A stretch of DNA of 64,000 nt. Source: Bdellovibrionales bacterium (GTDB lineage: Bacteria > Bdellovibrionota > Bdellovibrionia > Bdellovibrionales > JAGQZY01). The stretch is from assembly GCA_031426555.1 (NCBI GenBank), contig JANPLN010000036.1, positions 10,595 through 74,594 on the forward strand, in the 5' to 3' direction. The notes below the pieces were generated by a model. That model saw only the letters and a program-made list of their open reading frames with translations, did not search any database and had not been told where the DNA came from. A program made the translations under genes and the position numbers. Below are positions 59,557 to 64,000 of this stretch, one piece after another. Within the stretch, counting starts at the first letter, position 1. Each line of letters begins with the position of its first letter.

Positions 59557-60631
59557 GTGGTTCTTAATCTTTGGCGGATTCTGCCTCTTCTTTCTATTTC
59601 AGATAAGCATGGCCCATGCGTTGGATCGAACCCTCACTCGCGAAGAAGTTGCTAAACTTAAAAAAAACCTTGCTGCTGAACCTGCAAATAAAATGTCTCG
59701 CCGCTTTTTAATGGATCACTACGCCCGCGAAAAAATGTGGGCTGATTATGTGGTGACCGCTCAACCAATTCAGAAAGACTTGCCGGCAAAAATTCAGCTG
59801 GAACTCATTCAGGCGCATTTATTATTGAAGGATGGAAAGAGCGCTCTTTCCGTAATTGGTTTTTATCAAAGTCAAAATCCTCCAAGCTCTGAAACCAAAG
59901 TGCTCGAAGCCGATGCGCTTTTGCTTTTGGCGTTAAAAGGAACCACCGAAGTGGCCCGCAAACAGGGCGGCGTTGACGTGATCACCGTTTTGCGTGAGGC
60001 GATTCGTTTAGATCCTTTAAACAAAACCGCCTACTTCCGCTGGATCGACGTTTTAAAGACCTTTTGGACATCCTATGCGGAAGACGCTCTGCAAGTCTAT
60101 TATCAGCTAGAGTCTGCCACCAAAGAAACAAACGGCTACTTGGACGATAAATGCGCGCTCTATGTTCAAGCCGCTCTTTGGGATCAGGCCCTCGAAACCT
60201 GCAAACGTGGCATTGTACAAACCAGCCCGAAGATTGAGACTTACGTAAACTTGGCAAAATCTCAGGCAGTGAAAGAGTCATTGCAAGATAGCAAAAAGAC
60301 ACTCAAGGCCCTCGTGACGCGCTTTCCACAAGCTGTTGAAGCCCACACGGCTCTTGCCGATAACTATTTTTCGGAAAACAATTTTATCTTAGCCGCCGAA
60401 CACTATCGGGCAAGCACGAAGCTCGATCCCTCCAACCCAGATGCATTTCTCCTCCTTGCCGAATGTGAATTTCGACAAAAGAAGTACCTTGAGGCTCTCG
60501 AAGCATACAAACAAAACTGCAACCTCTCCCGCACGCTGGCCAGCGAATTTAAACATGCCACCGGCGAGCTCCGCTCCAATTATCCATTGCACAATAAATA
60601 TAAAAACGTGATGTCTTCTTGTCAGAAATAG
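59546..60631 (+). CDS. Secreted TPR protein
   Basis: Signal peptide ending AHA; TPR-like repeats (AIRLDP, TKLDPSNPDAFLLLA); alternative ATG at 59522. Confidence 0.8.
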   Translation: MRLKWFLIFGGFCLFFLFQISMAHALDRTLTREEVAKLKKNLAAEPANKMSRRFLMDHYAREKMWADYVVTAQPIQKDLPAKIQLELIQAHLLLKDGKSALSVIGFYQSQNPPSSETKVLEADALLLLALKGTTEVARKQGGVDVITVLREAIRLDPLNKTAYFRWIDVLKTFWTSYAEDALQVYYQLESATKETNGYLDDKCALYVQAALWDQALETCKRGIVQTSPKIETYVNLAKSQAVKESLQDSKKTLKALVTRFPQAVEAHTALADNYFSENNFILAAEHYRASTKLDPSNPDAFLLLAECEFRQKKYLEALEAYKQNCNLSRTLASEFKHATGELRSNYPLHNKYKNVMSSCQK

Positions 60632-60652
60632 TCGCATCTTGTAAAAGCACCT

Positions 60653-61120
60653 ATGGCCTATTTTAGTTTTGTGTCCTTTGCTAAAACTTCCGGACTCTAC
60701 ACGTGGGTGAACTCCCTACAGCAAGACTGTGAGCTTGTGGAGTGCGGACAGCTACACCGTGGGTCTGTGATCGCATTTGTGCAATCAACGACGCCGGTAG
60801 CGCGCCCACTCATTTGTAACGATTTTTTTACACATCAGGGATCTGGCGAACGCTTTCTAAAAGCCTACCACAAACAAAATTCAATCTCGGTAATCCATGG
60901 CATTTTGGTAGTGGAGTGTGAAAAACTATCTGACATGTGCGCCAATGTTCTCACCGACTCCGCCTATAAAGACTTCCAACTCTTAGAAATTTCGCGCAAC
61001 GCTTTACCTAACGGCTGCGCCACCGCCATCTTCGTCAATGTGGACAATTTTAAATTTCCAGACAACTTCTCGGGCGCGTATATCGCGCAACTCAACCCGC
61101 AGTTGAAAAATTTATTTTAG
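60653..61120 (+). CDS. Hypothetical protein resembling a degenerate tandem BMC-domain protein
   Basis: ELVECGQLHRGSVIAFV and GILVVE...FQLLEISRNALPNGCATAIF, ending IAQLNPQL; resembles two BMC repeats. Confidence 0.4.
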   Translation: MAYFSFVSFAKTSGLYTWVNSLQQDCELVECGQLHRGSVIAFVQSTTPVARPLICNDFFTHQGSGERFLKAYHKQNSISVIHGILVVECEKLSDMCANVLTDSAYKDFQLLEISRNALPNGCATAIFVNVDNFKFPDNFSGAYIAQLNPQLKNLF

Positions 61121-61218
61121 CTCTTGGCTCTTTGTAATATTTAGTTCTTCTTTAATGGAGGGTTTTTGATGGAACTCTCGACGACGAAATAGAGAGTAAA
61201 AAACGATAATCCCCGGAC

Positions 61219-61246
61219 TTAAGTTTTTAGGTTTATACTCCGACAA
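61219..61246 (+). promoter_or_regulatory. Sigma28-like promoter, 6 nt before ATG
   Basis: TTAA-N16-TCCGACAA. Confidence 0.45.
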
Positions 61247-61252
61247 ACAGCC

Positions 61253-62317
61253 ATGGCGTTCATTCTATGTTTTCAACTATTATTTCTATCTTTCGCAGAG
61301 ACAGTAACAACACCCGATTCACCTGAAAATTTTCCTTACATTGAACAACCAACGTGGACAAGAAATAATTTAGGGATCTCTGTTAACCAAATTGTTTCTC
61401 CTGCACGCGTGCCTCTACAACAAGATTTATTAGCAGATTCCATAGTGTCAATCGGATTTTACTTATTAGATAACTCTTTTTTGCCTGAAGCAGCACGTAC
61501 ACAAATGCCTATTAACAAATACTACCCTATTTGCACTGGTTCAGTTGTAGCATCAAAAAAAGTATTAACTGCTGCACATTGCCGAGAAATGTTGGATATG
61601 TTTCGAGGTTTTGATTTGAAAAAAGACATCTCAAATTATGTCAAATTTGTAGTTGCCCCTACACGGAGTCCAAATCAAAAGTCACACTTAGATCGTAAAG
61701 CGATCACGTTTACCCCAAAAAATTTTAATTCAAATCCTTCTTACGTGGGAACTGGTGACCGCACCAACGACATTGCTATAATTACTCTTGATAGACCTAT
61801 TGTAGCTCCAATAGCAAGAATAATAGCTCCGAATCAAATTGTCCCTGACTCTGCGGTTATGAGATCTTACGGGTATAGTTGGATGGAAACAGGAGAGTCT
61901 CTCAAATTCAATGAAGCAAGAATTCCAACAAATTTTGAAAACGCTTTTCCAGACTCTGCCGATCAAAGTGCCGTTCGAGATGTTTTTAGAAAAGCTCAAA
62001 TCGGCACCGCTAATGAATTTTTCGAAGATGAAAGAGATCCTAGTAGAAGGGCTCTGTTGTACCCAAGTGCTACTGACAGACATAGTTGTCCTGGTTCCTC
62101 TGGAGGACCAGTGTTTGCTGAAATTAACGGTCAATTCTATATTGCAGGTGTAATCTCGGGGGGTTATCGTAGTGACTGGTGTGAAAATAAAAAAGTAAAT
62201 ACAAATGCAGCTGGATTATCAGATATAGGCAGCCGCGTGGCTTCGTTTGGATATGAAGAAACTCCTCCACTTTCTATTCATGGCGCATGGCTTACGAAAA
62301 TGCTCAGAGTTCCGTAA
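61253..62317 (+). CDS. Secreted trypsin-like (S1) serine protease
   Basis: Signal peptide; CTGS, LTAAHC, NDIA and CPGSSGGP catalytic triad motifs. Confidence 0.9.
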   Translation: MAFILCFQLLFLSFAETVTTPDSPENFPYIEQPTWTRNNLGISVNQIVSPARVPLQQDLLADSIVSIGFYLLDNSFLPEAARTQMPINKYYPICTGSVVASKKVLTAAHCREMLDMFRGFDLKKDISNYVKFVVAPTRSPNQKSHLDRKAITFTPKNFNSNPSYVGTGDRTNDIAIITLDRPIVAPIARIIAPNQIVPDSAVMRSYGYSWMETGESLKFNEARIPTNFENAFPDSADQSAVRDVFRKAQIGTANEFFEDERDPSRRALLYPSATDRHSCPGSSGGPVFAEINGQFYIAGVISGGYRSDWCENKKVNTNAAGLSDIGSRVASFGYEETPPLSIHGAWLTKMLRVP

Positions 62318-62333
62318 ATGATCTCTACAACGC

Positions 62334-63827
62334 CTACATTTCAAACGAATATTCCTCGAGATGTTTTTTAGGATCCACACGGAAGATGATGGGCACGCCC
62401 AGTTCTTCTTCGAAGGTGTGCATCATTTCGCTCTCTTCGCTGTAAACCCAGTTTACGATATCCGTATGACAATTGACGATAACGGGTTGGGACATCGTTT
62501 TTATGGCGACACGGTGAGAGAGGTCGCGGAAGATTTCGCAGACCACAGTGTCTTTCTTTTTTAGAGAGCCCAAGCCGTGGCAATAAAAACACGACTCGGT
62601 GAGAGTTCTGCGAAGACTTGAGCGGATTCTTTTTCGCGTTAACTCGACGAGCCCCAGTCCAGTCATCGAAACCACCGACACACGAACGCGGTCGCGCTTT
62701 ACTTCTTCGGTCAGTGCCTTCAGGACCTTGTCCTTGTGCTCTTGTTCCATCATATCGATAAAATCTACCACGATGATACCGCCGCAGTCGCGCAGACGGA
62801 TTTGCAGGGCTATCTCTTTGACGGCTTCCATGTTGGTTTTAAAAATTGTATCTTCGAGATCTTTTTTACCAACAAACTTTCCGGTGTTCACATCGATGAC
62901 CACGAGGGCTTCGGCTTCGTCGATCACCAAATAACCGCCCGAGCGCAGCCACACTTTTCGCGCCAATGCTTTTTCTACCTCGTCGTCCACACCGCGGTGG
63001 CTAAACAGAGGTTCTTTTTCGTAGTAGTGATGAATTCTGCTTTGATACTGAGGTAAAAACTGCTGCACAAATTTGGCAATCTTTTGATGGGTTTGCGCAC
63101 CTTCCACCCAAACACTGTCCACATCGGGGTTTAACATATCTCGCAAAATGCGAAGACTGTATTCCACTTCCGAATGGATAACGCCAACTTTACTTTGATT
63201 CGCAAGATATTCTTGTTGAACTTCCTGCCAGAGTTTTTGCAAGTACTCGATGTCTGTTTTGAGCTCGTTCTCTTGCATGCCTTCGCCGATGGTTCGTACA
63301 ATCACTCCACCCTGCGATACATTTTTTTCAAGAATTGAAGTGAGGCGATCGCGCTCTTTAACGTTTTCGATTTTTCGAGAAATTCCAAAATGAGTTAAAG
63401 TCGGTAAATAAACAATTCGTCGCGAAGCGAGCGAAATATGTGTGGTGATTCGCGCACCCTTGGTGCCGATGGGATCTTTAGCCACCTGTACAAGTATCGT
63501 TTGTCCTTCGGTTAATAGTTCTTGGATTTTTGGTTTTTCTTTATGAACCCAGACGTTGGAGACTTCTTCGTTTTCGCCCTCGAAAACAAAATCTTCTTCC
63601 CGCACATCGCCCACATACAAAAACGCCGCCCGCTCAAGACCAATGTCCACAAAGGCCGCTTGCATTCCCGGAAGCACACGCACCACTCGACCACAAAAAA
63701 TGGCTCCGACCAAGGTAGGAGTCAGCTTACGCTCAACTTTATAATCGACCAGCTCGCCCTTTTCTAGGTAAGCCACGCGAGTTTCTAGACGATTGGATTG
63801 AATTAGAATTTCTGATTTTACCATCAT
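62334..63827 (-). CDS. rng: Rne/Rng family ribonuclease (RNase G)
   Basis: S1 domain VLPGMQAAFVDIG, QVAKDPIGTKGAR, IDVNTG, GGIIVVDFIDM and C..C.G.G; no C-terminal scaffold. Confidence 0.92.
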   Translation of the reverse strand: MMVKSEILIQSNRLETRVAYLEKGELVDYKVERKLTPTLVGAIFCGRVVRVLPGMQAAFVDIGLERAAFLYVGDVREEDFVFEGENEEVSNVWVHKEKPKIQELLTEGQTILVQVAKDPIGTKGARITTHISLASRRIVYLPTLTHFGISRKIENVKERDRLTSILEKNVSQGGVIVRTIGEGMQENELKTDIEYLQKLWQEVQQEYLANQSKVGVIHSEVEYSLRILRDMLNPDVDSVWVEGAQTHQKIAKFVQQFLPQYQSRIHHYYEKEPLFSHRGVDDEVEKALARKVWLRSGGYLVIDEAEALVVIDVNTGKFVGKKDLEDTIFKTNMEAVKEIALQIRLRDCGGIIVVDFIDMMEQEHKDKVLKALTEEVKRDRVRVSVVSMTGLGLVELTRKRIRSSLRRTLTESCFYCHGLGSLKKKDTVVCEIFRDLSHRVAIKTMSQPVIVNCHTDIVNWVYSEESEMMHTFEEELGVPIIFRVDPKKHLEEYSFEM

Positions 63828-63844
63828 CTTTCTCCTGTCTGGGC

Positions 63845-63872
63845 TTCATTGTAATCTGTAAGTTACCGAAAA
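63845..63872 (+). promoter_or_regulatory. Sigma28-like promoter of pilT
   Basis: TTCA-N16-ACCGAAAA. Confidence 0.4.
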
Positions 63873-63892
63873 GGTATTTGAATCGAGGTTTT

Positions 63893-64000
63893 ATGGCAAA
63901 GCTTGATGACTTATTCAGAATCATGGTTAAACAAGGCGCATCAGATTTGCACTTAACCACAGGTGCCCCGCCCATGTTGCGTCTTAACGGCGAAATTGAA
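63893..64000 (+). CDS. pilT: Type IV pilus retraction ATPase PilT/PilU family, N-terminus (runs off window end)
   Basis: Manual translation MAKLDDLFRIMVKQGASDLHLTTGAPPMLRLNGEIE (GASDLHL..G.PP.LR motif); RBS GAGG. Confidence 0.85.
   Translation, partial: MAKLDDLFRIMVKQGASDLHLTTGAPPMLRLNGEIE

Overview
Chromosomal window from a Gram-negative bacterium. Gene content and order (caa3-type oxidase, orphan mreB, PrkA/YeaH/SpoVR, PilT, Tad-like pilin, many secreted TPR proteins and lipoproteins, many sigma28-like promoters) suggest a Bdellovibrionota predator; this is inference, not a database result. Most genes are housekeeping: ctaCDE/SCO, SulP+carbonic anhydrase, secA, trmL, glnB-glnA, lpoB, mreB, glpD, pepP, tlyA-ispA-xseB-xseA, 6S RNA, PBP1A, uvrA, rng and pilT. 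The stand-out is a visibly AT-richer island at about 33.0-40.3 kb. It holds an NhaR-like LysR regulator, an ABC membrane domain with no ATPase plus HlyD and TolC, a roughly 110-nt rod-shaped non-coding element, two GGQ-less baeRF3 (Balon-like) paralogues (one apparently starting at ATT) and an HPF/RaiA-like gene. All four target transcription units carry the same 68-bp LysR-box/promoter architecture with matching spacing. This suggests a co-regulated ribosome-hibernation, ncRNA and export module. Also seen: a sigma28-like promoter set, several apparently leaderless genes, a dispersed REP-like palindrome, a degenerate tandem-BMC-like protein and a patatin lacking its catalytic serine. No CRISPR array, tRNA, rRNA, integrase or transposase was recognised.
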